DNA of 64,000 nucleotides from an uncultured Nitrospira sp. (GCA_902500745.1 CABVRS010000001.1:1184-65183), one strand, 5' to 3'. Numbered from the stretch's first letter, positions 17,881 through 28,343 are shown. Numbers and translations: made by a program. Notes: a model not told the origin generated them from the letters alone.

Positions 17881-19343
17881 AGGCCCAGGCCGCTCGTACC
17901 GAGCCTCTGACGATTAGTGAAGTGCTCGCTCGTATTGAGTTGACCCATCCGCTGCTCAGAGCTCAGGGCGTCGAACGGATGCAGGCCCGAGCGAAGATCC
18001 TGAAGGCCCTCGGAGCCTGGGAACCGACGCTCAAAAACATTACAGAGGCCGCTCGTTTTCAGACGTTTAATTTTCTGAGTACCGTTGATGAGAATACGGG
18101 GGGGTTTAACGACACCAAGCTCGAGGTCGGGCATCCCTGGGGCTTCCGGGTTGCTGGTGGAATCCGCAACGGCATCGGGGATCAATACACGCTGCATGTC
18201 CATGCGCAGATTCCAGATGTACTGCTCCTCTATCCTCAGCAGCAAATGATCTTTGGTGGGTCGGCCAAGTTGCTACGTGGCCTGATGATCAACGAAGAGT
18301 ATGCCGAGTTTCAAAAGGCTGAACTCGCAGGGCCGCAGGCGGAGATCGCGGTGGCGCAGAAACGGCAAGATCTCTACCTGGCCGGGGCCGTGCAGTACTG
18401 GGATTGGCAGGTGGCCGTCAAACAGGCCGAGGTGGTGAAGCGTACGCTGGCCGTCGCGGAAGAACGCTATAGACAGATCGAAGGACAGTCCAAGGCTGGT
18501 AAGGTGGCGCCGCTCGATGTCATTGAGACCAACCAAGAGGTACAGGTCAGGCGGGAGGCAGCCATCGCCGCGCAACGGAAGGTGGAGTATGAGCAATACA
18601 AGCTATCTCTCTTTCTCTGGGAGAACGGCGAGCCAGTGACGCCGCGCCCGGAATGGGCGCCGGAATTTCAGGGTGAAACGCCGCTTCCAACTATAGAAGA
18701 GGTCGCGGGATATAAAGTGGAGGCGAAAGAAGACCGGCCGGAAGTGCGTAACTACTACATCGAAGCCAAGATGAACAATATTGATCTCAAGCTCGCCAAG
18801 AACTCCCTGCTCCCACAGTTTGATTTTAAGGGAGGACGAATGGATGCCGCTGCGGACTGGCTTATGGGAGTTGGCTATGGGTTCGAAACCAAGTTTGCGA
18901 TGCCGCTCTTCCAGCGAGAAGGGCGTGGGAAGGTTATGTACGCGGAGGCGGACCAACAACAATTGGCCTTCAAACAACTGTACGCCGAGCAACAAGTCAG
19001 CATCGACGTGGATAATTGGCTTTCGGCGATCGTGCGGGCTAGAGACCGGGTGACAGCGGCGACGGAAGCCCTGCGGTTGGCGAAGACGCTGGAGGAAGGC
19101 GAACGGACCCGCTTCAATATGGGCGCGACCACAGTGCTGTTTGTGAACCTCCGTGAGCGCAACGTGGTGGAATCGGCGTACCAGCTGTATCGGGCGCAAG
19201 CCGACTATGCCGTGGCACGCGGCGGTATGTTGTGGGCTAGGGGAACATTGTCGAAGCCGTGGGCCGAAAGCGAATTGGCCAAGTACGGGAACCCGCTGAC
19301 GGCAGCTGGTGCGTACGGGCTTAAAAAGATGGGCCGCGATTAA
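17799..19343 (+). CDS. TolC-family outer membrane efflux protein, copy 2
   Basis: Paralog of copy 1; AAGGAG RBS. Confidence 0.88.
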   Translation: MAALLFVILILLPVTTLAEPVHDSSVVKAQAARTEPLTISEVLARIELTHPLLRAQGVERMQARAKILKALGAWEPTLKNITEAARFQTFNFLSTVDENTGGFNDTKLEVGHPWGFRVAGGIRNGIGDQYTLHVHAQIPDVLLLYPQQQMIFGGSAKLLRGLMINEEYAEFQKAELAGPQAEIAVAQKRQDLYLAGAVQYWDWQVAVKQAEVVKRTLAVAEERYRQIEGQSKAGKVAPLDVIETNQEVQVRREAAIAAQRKVEYEQYKLSLFLWENGEPVTPRPEWAPEFQGETPLPTIEEVAGYKVEAKEDRPEVRNYYIEAKMNNIDLKLAKNSLLPQFDFKGGRMDAAADWLMGVGYGFETKFAMPLFQREGRGKVMYAEADQQQLAFKQLYAEQQVSIDVDNWLSAIVRARDRVTAATEALRLAKTLEEGERTRFNMGATTVLFVNLRERNVVESAYQLYRAQADYAVARGGMLWARGTLSKPWAESELAKYGNPLTAAGAYGLKKMGRD

Positions 19344-19366
19344 TCCGGCACAAGGAGCATCCTTTG

Positions 19367-20956
19367 ATGGCCGCTCTATTATTTGTGATTCTGATCTTGC
19401 TTCCCGTGACGACTCTCGCGGAGCCAGTGCACGATTCCAGCGTGGTGACGACGCAGTCTGCCCGAACCACTCCCCTCACCATTGAAGAGGTGCTGGCCAG
19501 GATTGAACTGACCCATCCGTTGCTTCGGGCAACTGGGCTTGAGCGAGCACAGGCTCGGGCGAAAGTTCTGAAGGCGTTGGGCGCATGGGAGCCGAAGTTT
19601 CGGAACGAGCTCGAGGTAGACCGGTATCAAACGTATAATCTGACGAACGTTGTCGGCCCGAATATCTTGATTGCTGGTTATAACGATACCATGCTCAAAG
19701 TTGGGCACCCTTGGGGGTGGGAAATCTACGGCGGCCTCCGTAGTGGCCTCGGGGATAGAAGTACTCTTGGTGGTTTCGATGGGGTTAGGCTTCAACGTGT
19801 TGTGAGTCCCGCAGTGGCGATCCCTCAAGACCTGCAAGGTTATTATCCACAGCAAATGCTCATCATCGGCGGAGCGTTTAATCTCCTGCAGGGATTCATG
19901 GTCAACGAAGAGTTTGCAGAGTTGCAACAGGCGGAGCTCGCCGGGCCGCAAGCCGAAGTGAAGGTCGCGCAGAAACGGCAAGATCTCTATCTCGCCGGGG
20001 CCGTGCAATATTGGGATTGGCAGGTTGCCGTCAAACAAGCCGATGTCGTGAAGCGTGCGTTGGCCGTCGCGGAGGAGCGCTATCGCATGGTGGAGGGCAG
20101 ATCGAAAGCCGGCGCGATTGCTCCAATCGACGTGGTTGAAGCTGGGGAAGAAGTTCAGCGGCGTCGAGAGGCTGCTATTGCCGCGCAACGGAAGGTGGAG
20201 TACGAGCAATATAAACTGGCCCTATTTCTCTGGGAGGACGGAGATCCGGTCACACCGAGACCGGAGTGGGCCCCGGAGTTTCAGGGGGAAACACCGTTGC
20301 CGAGCGAAGACGATGTGGCGGCCTTCAAGGTAGAAGCCACGGAGGATCGTCCGGAAGTCCGCGATCTCTACATTGAAGCCAAATTGAACAATATCGAACT
20401 AAAATTGGCAAAAAATAAACTGCTTCCAAAGCTGACGATTTCAGGCGGCCCGGTGACGGGCGGCATCTACTATTTTGGCGGGTTCGCCTACCATATGAAT
20501 GCCCTCTTCAGTATGCCCTTGTTCAATCGGGCTGCGCGAGGGAAGGTCCTTTACGCAGAAGCGCAGCAGCAGCGATTGGCGTATAAGCAGGCCTATACCG
20601 AGCGTCAGGTTCAGATTGACGTAGACAACTGGCTCTCGGCCATCGTACGCGCTCGCGACCGAGTGAAAGCTTCGACAGAGGCTCTGCGCTTGGCCAAGAC
20701 TCTAGAAGAAGGCGAACGAGCTCGGTTTAATATGGGGGCAACGAGCGTGCTCTTTGTAAACCTACGAGAGCGCGCAGTGGTCGAAGCGGCCTATGAGCTC
20801 TATCGTGCCCAAGCCGACTATGCCGTGGCTCGTGGAGGGATGTTGTGGGCCAGGGGCGCGTTGTCGAAGCCACTTGCTGAAAATGTACTCGCCAAATATG
20901 GAGATACGGTGGTTGCGGCCGGGATATCCGGTCGTAAGCAGGCAGGGCGTGATTAG
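19367..20956 (+). CDS. TolC-family outer membrane efflux protein, copy 3
   Basis: Paralog; signal peptide identical to copy 2, body diverged at the DNA level. Confidence 0.88.
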   Translation: MAALLFVILILLPVTTLAEPVHDSSVVTTQSARTTPLTIEEVLARIELTHPLLRATGLERAQARAKVLKALGAWEPKFRNELEVDRYQTYNLTNVVGPNILIAGYNDTMLKVGHPWGWEIYGGLRSGLGDRSTLGGFDGVRLQRVVSPAVAIPQDLQGYYPQQMLIIGGAFNLLQGFMVNEEFAELQQAELAGPQAEVKVAQKRQDLYLAGAVQYWDWQVAVKQADVVKRALAVAEERYRMVEGRSKAGAIAPIDVVEAGEEVQRRREAAIAAQRKVEYEQYKLALFLWEDGDPVTPRPEWAPEFQGETPLPSEDDVAAFKVEATEDRPEVRDLYIEAKLNNIELKLAKNKLLPKLTISGGPVTGGIYYFGGFAYHMNALFSMPLFNRAARGKVLYAEAQQQRLAYKQAYTERQVQIDVDNWLSAIVRARDRVKASTEALRLAKTLEEGERARFNMGATSVLFVNLRERAVVEAAYELYRAQADYAVARGGMLWARGALSKPLAENVLAKYGDTVVAAGISGRKQAGRD

Positions 20957-21084
20957 AGTTGGCGGGGGGAGGTAGTTCGTTCGGTGGGATTGGTTATGGA
21001 AGCAGAAGTATGGTTAAGTGCCGGCGTCATGAACTTCAGTAAGGGACCAATGATTCACATCCTGATTTATAACCGGGGGTACTC

Positions 21085-22764
21085 ATGAAAGAACCTCAGG
21101 GCAATCGTTATCCAGGCCTGTTTGAAGCGTTAATGAAGCAGCTTTCTGTCGCCATGAAGGCTGAGAAAAGGATCATGTACTTGATCTTTTCCTACGCCGT
21201 GGCCGTCGCGTTCTTTTCCCTGATCATTCCCTTGACCGTACAGGAGTTGGTCAGCACCTTCTCCTATGCGGTTCAGCCGGTCATGATCTGGACATTGACA
21301 ACGGTCATGCTGCTGGTGTTGTTGTTCGTCGGTCTGTTCAAGACATTCCACTTTTACGCGATCGATGTCATACAGCGTCGTGTTATGGCCAGAATCACGG
21401 TGGCCATGGTTGAGCAGCTGCCTCGGAATCGGTTCAAGGCTGCGCAAGCTCAACATCTTTCGAACTTTTTCATGGAAACGGTCTTTATGCAACGGGCGCT
21501 GTCCACCCTGCTGTTCGATTTGATCAATGTGGTCGTGGGGGGGACGGTCGGAATGCTCTTGCTGATGGTCTACCATCCGTATTTCCTCATGTACAACTTG
21601 CTCCTGATGGCAGGGTTCGCGATCACATTCTTCGTGCTCTCTCGCGGTGCGTTGAAGACGACTCTCGACATGTCTCACGCGAAGTACGATGTCTTCAGGT
21701 GGGTTCAGGAGGTTTCGCAAAACTCGTTGCAATTCAAAGCAACCGACAGCCGTCCGTATATCCTGAAGAAGACGAACGACCTTTTGACCCATTACGTTGA
21801 CTGTCGAAAGGCACGGTTTCGCGTTCTTGTACGTCAGTACATCGGTTCTGTAGGTGGACAAGCGCTCGCACAGGCAACTGCTCTGGGTATGGCGGCGTAC
21901 CTTATGTCCATTGGCCAGTTGACCCTTGGTCAGGTCGTCGCAGTCCAAGCAGTGGTCGGTGCGCTGGTGATTAGTTTTGACACGCTCATCAAGAACATGG
22001 GCTTCGTGTACTACTTCTTCACAGCGCTCACTCACCTTGATACGGTCTTCAACCAAGAACAAGATTACGTCTCGGTCGAATCACCGGTGGGTATGCCGAA
22101 GCATTTAACTCAGGGTATCCGAGTTACCTGCAAAGGCGTCAGCCTGATCCATGGCGGGGCTTCCGTATTCGACGGGTTCAACTTGGATGTGGCGCCCGGA
22201 GAGAAGCTTGGTATCTATGCCAAGACGACGGGGGCCAAAACCGCGCTGGCTAGAGTCTTGGGCGGTCTCGAAACTCCGACCAACGGAGTTGTGCAGTACA
22301 ACGGCGTCGATCTGCGGTACATGGATCCCAATGGCCTCAATCAAGTCCGTAGCGTCATGCTCGATTCGCAATTGACGCTGGTTGAGGGAACAATAGAAGA
22401 AAACATCACCATGGGACGTCCCTATGTGACCTATGACGACCTCAACTGGGCCCTCCGATTTACTGAACTGGAGGAGGATATCGACGCCTTGCCACGCGGG
22501 GTGAAATCAGATGTCTCTTCGCTTGGAGAGTCTCTATCTCCGACGCACATCGTGCAGATCTTGTTGGCCCGGGCTATCCTGGGACATCCGCAAGTGCTCA
22601 TATTTGACGGGCTCATTCACGCGCTTGAGCCATCGTTGAGAGAAAGGGTGCTGCGTCGCCTGTGCTCTAAAGACGAAGCATGGTCGGTGATCTTCGTCTC
22701 AACGGATCCAAACCTGACGGATCATGCAGATCGTCGGATTATGCTGCACCATGCCCATGCATAA
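21085..22764 (+). CDS. Type I secretion-like ABC transporter (TMD plus degenerate NBD)
   Basis: N-terminal TM domain, GQLTLGQ, GTIEENI; Walker A, signature and Walker B motifs altered. Confidence 0.85.
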   Translation: MKEPQGNRYPGLFEALMKQLSVAMKAEKRIMYLIFSYAVAVAFFSLIIPLTVQELVSTFSYAVQPVMIWTLTTVMLLVLLFVGLFKTFHFYAIDVIQRRVMARITVAMVEQLPRNRFKAAQAQHLSNFFMETVFMQRALSTLLFDLINVVVGGTVGMLLLMVYHPYFLMYNLLLMAGFAITFFVLSRGALKTTLDMSHAKYDVFRWVQEVSQNSLQFKATDSRPYILKKTNDLLTHYVDCRKARFRVLVRQYIGSVGGQALAQATALGMAAYLMSIGQLTLGQVVAVQAVVGALVISFDTLIKNMGFVYYFFTALTHLDTVFNQEQDYVSVESPVGMPKHLTQGIRVTCKGVSLIHGGASVFDGFNLDVAPGEKLGIYAKTTGAKTALARVLGGLETPTNGVVQYNGVDLRYMDPNGLNQVRSVMLDSQLTLVEGTIEENITMGRPYVTYDDLNWALRFTELEEDIDALPRGVKSDVSSLGESLSPTHIVQILLARAILGHPQVLIFDGLIHALEPSLRERVLRRLCSKDEAWSVIFVSTDPNLTDHADRRIMLHHAHA

Positions 22765-22815
22765 TGAGCAATGGTTAGATTGGCCCATTAACACAGGTAA
22801 ATTTATGGAGGCTCC

Positions 22816-24261
22816 ATGGCTAGCCTAGGTGGTGGTCTCGAAAGAAGTGGAGAGCGTGCGCTCGTACGGAAGGGTGTTGGGTTGGAGGCAATCACGGTCG
22901 AACAAGGATCAGCCTTGACGACGTTGCCATGCTGGGAGGCCGTGAAACTTTCCGGTGGGATGTTCACGGCATCGCGGGCCATCCTCACGATCCTTCTTGT
23001 ATTTCTCATCATCCTTGAGTTCGTACCCTGGACACAGACGATTAGCGCACAAGGTCAAGTCTCAGCATATACACCGTACGATCGGCCACAGCATATCGAA
23101 TCTCGAATTACCGGTCGGGTCAAGGCGTGGCATATTTATGAAGGTGTCAAAGTTAAGAAGGGCGACCTCGTCGGTGAGCTTGAAGACTATGACCCGACCT
23201 ATATGGCGCCTGAAATCCTTCCCTTGTTTGAGCAACGCCGAGATGCGTTAGAAAAAACACGCCAAGCTGCGTTAGGCAGGGCGGACCAACTCACCAGACG
23301 AATCGGCGAGATGAAGAAACTGGTTCAGGCTGCGGTCCCATCAGCGGAAGCCCGGGTAGTCGAGGCAGACAACCGAGTACGTGAGGCCCAGCAGAAGGTC
23401 GAAGCGGCCAAGATCGACGTCGATACAGCACAACTCAATGTTGATCGACATCGGCAACTGGTGAGGGATGGACTCGTTTCACAACGAGAACTCGAATTGA
23501 CGATCCAAACTGAAATTGGGAGTAAAGCGGCTCTGCAAGCGGCTCAGGCAAACCTTCTGGCCGCGGAACAGGGCAGATCAGCTCTCAACTTCGGTCGTGA
23601 TCAGATTACGGCCGATGTGAATCAGCAACTCATTGATGCCATGGCGTCACGGGACAATGCGGTGGCTGATGCTGCCAAGGCTACCGAACAGCTCGCAGAG
23701 ATGTCCTACAAGCAGCAAGGCGTCCAACAGCGTATTGAGGCAGCCAAACTGTATGCTCCTATGGATGGGACCGTGGTCAAAATGGCCAGAGTAGGAATCA
23801 ACGAAACGGTCAAGCAAGGAGATGACCTGGTAACTATTTCACCACATGCCTCCGATCCGGCCATCGAAATGGTGGCCGAAGGGCTGGATGCACCCCTGTT
23901 GAGTGCTGGACGGAAAGTCAAAATCTTGTTCTTTGGAGTGCCGGCTATTCCATTGCCGGCCTGGCCAGGGCTCATGGCTGGTACCCGTTCTGGCGTGATC
24001 AAGGTGGTCGATCAAATCGACGATGGCAAAGGGAATTACCGATTCTGGGTCGTGCCTGACCCGGATGATCCTCAACCTTGGCCGGAACAAGCCCAGGTGC
24101 GGCAAGGGACAAGGGTATTGGGATGGGTCATCCTTAATCGTGTCCCTCTCTGGTACGAGTTATGGCGACGATTTAACTTCTTCCCACCGGACTATATGGA
24201 ACGTGAACCAAGCATCTTTGAGATGTTTGCGCCACGGTCAGCTGGGCAGGGAATCAAGTAG
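22816..24261 (+). CDS. HlyD-family membrane fusion protein
   Basis: TM anchor, VKKGD lipoyl half, long coiled coil, APMDGTV. Confidence 0.9.
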   Translation: MASLGGGLERSGERALVRKGVGLEAITVEQGSALTTLPCWEAVKLSGGMFTASRAILTILLVFLIILEFVPWTQTISAQGQVSAYTPYDRPQHIESRITGRVKAWHIYEGVKVKKGDLVGELEDYDPTYMAPEILPLFEQRRDALEKTRQAALGRADQLTRRIGEMKKLVQAAVPSAEARVVEADNRVREAQQKVEAAKIDVDTAQLNVDRHRQLVRDGLVSQRELELTIQTEIGSKAALQAAQANLLAAEQGRSALNFGRDQITADVNQQLIDAMASRDNAVADAAKATEQLAEMSYKQQGVQQRIEAAKLYAPMDGTVVKMARVGINETVKQGDDLVTISPHASDPAIEMVAEGLDAPLLSAGRKVKILFFGVPAIPLPAWPGLMAGTRSGVIKVVDQIDDGKGNYRFWVVPDPDDPQPWPEQAQVRQGTRVLGWVILNRVPLWYELWRRFNFFPPDYMEREPSIFEMFAPRSAGQGIK

Positions 24262-24266
24262 CCGAA

Positions 24267-24341
24267 GTATGCCGCACATCTGTGCGGCATACGAACTCAC
24301 CTTCCTTAAGATGACTCCGGGGGGAACCCCGGAGTCATCTT
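24267..24341 (+). terminator. Two tandem hairpins after hlyD (intrinsic terminator)
   Basis: GTATGCCGCAC-ATCT-GTGCGGCATAC (24267-24292) and perfect 15-bp stem AAGATGACTCCGGGG-GGAA-CCCCGGAGTCATCTT (24308-24341) followed by a T-rich tract. Confidence 0.75.
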
Positions 24342-24526
24342 TGTATTTATTAACTGAGAACCCGTCTCCGAAAAGCCGTGTATTGAGGTCCCGACTTTTC
24401 GAGTGACGAGTTGATGAATCCTTTTCCCACCATCCTTCTTGACCACGCTCAAGAGACACGTTAAGGTTCCCCAGCGGGGCTTTGGGTGAGACCATAATTT
24501 TCAGCAAATGGGAGCAGAAGTCCAGG

Positions 24527-25090
24527 ATGGCCAAGGTCGGAAGGACGTTGAATCGGTCACAGCGTGAAGTCGGGCGAAAGACTCCGGATCCCAGGCCGAT
24601 AGTCGGTGTGCTTGGTGGGAGTAAATCGGATTTCCCTATCTTGGAGAAAGCCGGCGTGATCCTAGCCCAGCTCGGCATTCCATACGAATTCCTGGTCGTC
24701 TCCGCCCATCGCACGCCGGACCGCCTTTTCGAGTATGCGGCCAACGCTCCAGGTCGTGGGATCAAGGTCATCATTGCTGGGGCTGGAGGCGCAGCCCATC
24801 TGCCCGGCATGTTGGCAGCCAAGACATATGTGCCGGTGATCGGAGTTCCTATTCCAACAGAACATCTGCGTGGGCTCGACTCCTTACTGTCGATTGTGCA
24901 GATGCCAAAGGGTATTCCCGTGGCGACCGTTGCGATCGGTGGAGCAGAGAATGCGGGTCTCCTTGCTGCACAGATTCTTGCTGTATCCCATCCCAATATA
25001 GCCCGACGGATTCAGCGCTATCGAACAGCTCAAACTGAAAGCGTTTTGAATTCCCCCGAGGCAAAGGGAATTACTGGGGCAAGCCACTGA
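24527..25090 (+). CDS. purE: N5-CAIR mutase
   Basis: [30 protein letters not shown]. Confidence 0.95.
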   Translation: MAKVGRTLNRSQREVGRKTPDPRPIVGVLGGSKSDFPILEKAGVILAQLGIPYEFLVVSAHRTPDRLFEYAANAPGRGIKVIIAGAGGAAHLPGMLAAKTYVPVIGVPIPTEHLRGLDSLLSIVQMPKGIPVATVAIGGAENAGLLAAQILAVSHPNIARRIQRYRTAQTESVLNSPEAKGITGASH

Positions 25091-25092
25091 CG

Positions 25093-26256
25093 GTGACCAC
25101 ACGAATTCTTGAGCCCGGGTCAATTCTTGGTGTGCTGGGGGGCGGACAGTTGGGTGCAATGTTTGCCGCGGCCGCACGACGAATGGGCTATCGTGTGGCG
25201 GTCTGGGATCCAGACCCTCATGCTCCGGCCCATCAGCTAGCGGTCCACTCCTGCACAACGCCCTTCTCCGATCCCGCCAGTCGTGAACAGTTTTCGAGTA
25301 TTGTCCACGCGATGACGCTGGAATGGGAGAACGTTCCGGCAGAGCTGTGTGGGTGGTTGGAAGAGCGTTGCAGGATGACACCATCCAGCGCGGTTCTTCG
25401 CACTCTCCAAGATCGGATTGAGCAGAAACAATTCTTGTCGTCTCGACTACTTTCGGTCCCTTCATTTGCCGCCGTGGAATCTGGCAGTCAACTGGTCACG
25501 GCAGTCAATCGTCTGGAGCTTCCCGTTGTCTGTAAAACGGCGAAGAGTGGCTACGACGGAAAAGGGCAGTGGATTCTTCGAACTCCCTCCGATGTCAATC
25601 AGGTTCAAACAATTCTTGGTCAAGCTGAAGCAGGGCACCGGTGGATTGTTGAACAGTTTGTTCCATTTCTCAGAGAGCTCTCCGTTCTGGTGGTGCGCAA
25701 TGAGCGTGGGGAGAGCCGGGTCTATCCGGTTGTCGAAAACCGGCATGATCAAGGAATTTTACGGGAGACGCTCGTGCCTGCATCCATTGCTGCAGGTGTA
25801 GCAGAACAAGCCCAGGAACTGGCACTACAAGCCGTAGAGGCATTACCGGGAGTTGGGGTGTTCTGTGTCGAGCTCTTCCATACAGAACACGGAGCTCTTC
25901 TCATTAATGAGATCGCTCCGCGGCCACATAATTCCGGGCACTATACGTTGGATGTCTGTACGGTATCCCAATTTGAACAGCAGGTACGAGTGACTTGCGG
26001 ACTGCCTCTGGGAGAGGTCAGACTCCTGAGTCCCGCAGTCATGGTGAATCTTATCGGCGAAGATGTCGGCTCTGTGATGTCCGCAGAAGGGTGTTCCGCA
26101 CTCTATTCCACCTCTGGAGCTGTGCTTCATCTCTACGGCAAGCAGATCATTCGTCCAGGCAGAAAAATGGGTCATGTGACTTTCACAGCTCCGCAAACAG
26201 AGACGGTCATAGCAGAGGCTCAGAAGTTCCGCACGAGCCTCAAAAGCCCGGTCTAG
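25093..26256 (+). CDS. purK: N5-CAIR synthase
   Basis: GGGQLG, GYDGKGQ, NEIAPRPHNSGH, GRKMGH. Confidence 0.95.
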   Translation: MTTRILEPGSILGVLGGGQLGAMFAAAARRMGYRVAVWDPDPHAPAHQLAVHSCTTPFSDPASREQFSSIVHAMTLEWENVPAELCGWLEERCRMTPSSAVLRTLQDRIEQKQFLSSRLLSVPSFAAVESGSQLVTAVNRLELPVVCKTAKSGYDGKGQWILRTPSDVNQVQTILGQAEAGHRWIVEQFVPFLRELSVLVVRNERGESRVYPVVENRHDQGILRETLVPASIAAGVAEQAQELALQAVEALPGVGVFCVELFHTEHGALLINEIAPRPHNSGHYTLDVCTVSQFEQQVRVTCGLPLGEVRLLSPAVMVNLIGEDVGSVMSAEGCSALYSTSGAVLHLYGKQIIRPGRKMGHVTFTAPQTETVIAEAQKFRTSLKSPV

Positions 26257-26466
26257 GCCAGCCCCACCAACACCCTCATCCCCTGGGTACGAGATGAACA
26301 GTCAGACTCTGTCACGTGTGCCTGGGCTGTTCCATTTTGTCACCTAATAGTTCGTTAGGGACCAAAAAATTTGTGAAACGCATAGGAAAAGTGAGTTTTA
26401 AGAAGAAATGGAACGGTATGGAATTTGCTGGCCCCCACATGCTGTCTCTCAGGAAGACCTTCCAAG

Positions 26467-28314
26467 ATGCTACAGGATTCAGCGCCAACCAGCCATGGTC
26501 AAGCCGTGAACCGGCTCTACCGTCTGCTCACGGATCCTGGATCTCGATACCTCGTCCTTCAAGGCCTTGTCACGATTATTCTGTCATATGAATTGCTGTT
26601 CGGTGTTCAGTCGGTCATCAGCCGGGCCATGAGCCACACGTTGGTGATAGGATTCTGGCTGGGCATGGTCGCGATTGTGATGTTGTCTCAGGCAGTACTA
26701 GCATCGGCGTGGTTCAGTGCCAGCCTAGTGGCAATCGATACAATTCTCGTGACCTCCGTCATTTATCTATCGGGTAATGCCCGATCGGATCTCTACATTG
26801 CGTACTTTGTTCTCGTGCTTGTGGCGGCCTCCGTAAGGAGGTTGAGCCATGTGCTCGGTCTCGCACTCCTATTAAGCGTCGGATATGCGGTCGTCCTCTA
26901 TGAAGGAATGCTCAACACCGGCACGATGGCGACAGGGCAACTATTGGGGATTCCCGTTCTGCTTGTCATGGCGGTGTTCTATGGCGTCGCACTGGAAAGC
27001 ACGGTTGTGGCGCAAGAAGAAACAGCCTCGTTGCTGAAAGACGTTGAGGGTTTGAAAAAGACGGAAGATGAGTTGTCGGCCGCAAAAACCCAGCTTGAAG
27101 CTCGAATCAAAGCTCTCAAAGAAGATCTCACGAGGGCAAATGTGGAACTCCGCGAAGGTCAGGTTGCTCGGCAAGGACTGGAGCGACGACTTCAGGATGC
27201 ACACAAAATGGAAGCGGTGGGTCGAGTCGCGGCGAGAATAGCAAGGGAATTTGGGGCGCTATTTGCGGTGATCGGAAAACAGACCGGCATGATGTTGTCG
27301 CGATGCCAGCCGAATGATCCTCTCCGATCATCTGCCGACGAGATCTTTAAGGTTGGAGAAAAAGCCGCGACCTTGACGGCACAGCTGATCGCACTGAATC
27401 TCGAAGGTCGATGGGTTCGCCATATGGTACCTGTACATGAGGTGTTAGCCGACGTACGAGAAATGATACAGAGTCTTTTACCTGCAAACATTACACTGAG
27501 CGTCCAAACTGAGACACAGATGGCGTATGCAGAAGTGGATCGCGAAGGCTTAGAAACCATTCTTTTTCAGCTCGTGGTGAATGCGCGGGATGCGATGCCG
27601 AAGGGAGGCCGCTTATCGATCGACGTGAAGACGCTCGATGACGCAGTACAACTGAGTCGGTCGTCATCGACGGGGCTGGAGCACTCCCAGGTGCTCATTG
27701 AGATCACGGATACCGGAACCGGGATGAACCTGGATACTCAAGCTCATATGTATGAGCCGTTCTTTTCGACGAAAGAAACGAACATCGGCCTTGGCCTTAC
27801 AGCGGTGTTTGGGATTGTCAAACAGAATGGAGGTACGCTCGAGGTCACGAGTCGGCCAGGGCAAGGCACGACCGTTCGACTTTTCTTCCCCGTTGCGCCG
27901 GCGACGGAGCCGTATAAGGAGTGCATTCTCAAAGCCATGACGGCCAAGGGAAATGAAACGATTCTCCTTGTAGAGGAAAACGAAATTGAACGAAAGCTGG
28001 CGGTGTCGGCCCTGCAACGGCATCGCTATCGGGTCCTGGAAGCTGCGTCGCCAGTTGAGGCCCTCATGCTCACGCAACGGTACAACGGCATCCTTCACCT
28101 CACGGTGAGTTCCCTCGTCATGTCGGAGATTGGGGGGCGTGAGCTGGCCCGCCGCCTCATGATCCAGCATCCGATGATGAAGGCGCTGTTTGTGTCCGGC
28201 TATGACGACGAAACGATTCAGCATCACCGGATCAACCAACGGTTTGTCCTGCAGCATCCTTATCGCCAAGCTGGTCTCATCGAAAAGGTGAGAGAGATGT
28301 TGGATGCTGCGTAA
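26467..28314 (+). CDS. Membrane hybrid histidine-kinase-like protein lacking phosphoacceptors
   Basis: Multi-TM N-terminus, coiled coil, HATPase N/G1/F/G2 boxes, C-terminal receiver fold. Confidence 0.85.
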   Translation: MLQDSAPTSHGQAVNRLYRLLTDPGSRYLVLQGLVTIILSYELLFGVQSVISRAMSHTLVIGFWLGMVAIVMLSQAVLASAWFSASLVAIDTILVTSVIYLSGNARSDLYIAYFVLVLVAASVRRLSHVLGLALLLSVGYAVVLYEGMLNTGTMATGQLLGIPVLLVMAVFYGVALESTVVAQEETASLLKDVEGLKKTEDELSAAKTQLEARIKALKEDLTRANVELREGQVARQGLERRLQDAHKMEAVGRVAARIAREFGALFAVIGKQTGMMLSRCQPNDPLRSSADEIFKVGEKAATLTAQLIALNLEGRWVRHMVPVHEVLADVREMIQSLLPANITLSVQTETQMAYAEVDREGLETILFQLVVNARDAMPKGGRLSIDVKTLDDAVQLSRSSSTGLEHSQVLIEITDTGTGMNLDTQAHMYEPFFSTKETNIGLGLTAVFGIVKQNGGTLEVTSRPGQGTTVRLFFPVAPATEPYKECILKAMTAKGNETILLVEENEIERKLAVSALQRHRYRVLEAASPVEALMLTQRYNGILHLTVSSLVMSEIGGRELARRLMIQHPMMKALFVSGYDDETIQHHRINQRFVLQHPYRQAGLIEKVREMLDAA

Positions 28315-28343
28315 GGGGTTTGGCTGGGACGAAACACTCGACG

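Noticed and set aside
16222-20956. Diversity-generating retroelement or pure assembly artefact behind the TolC repeats
   Set aside because: No reverse transcriptase and the differences are not adenine-specific; all three ORFs are intact with distinct variable blocks, though long-read confirmation is still advisable
19379-22062. Long minus-strand ORFs (19379-20209, 21130-22062)
   Set aside because: Antisense to well-supported tolC3 and ABC genes, with no motifs of their own
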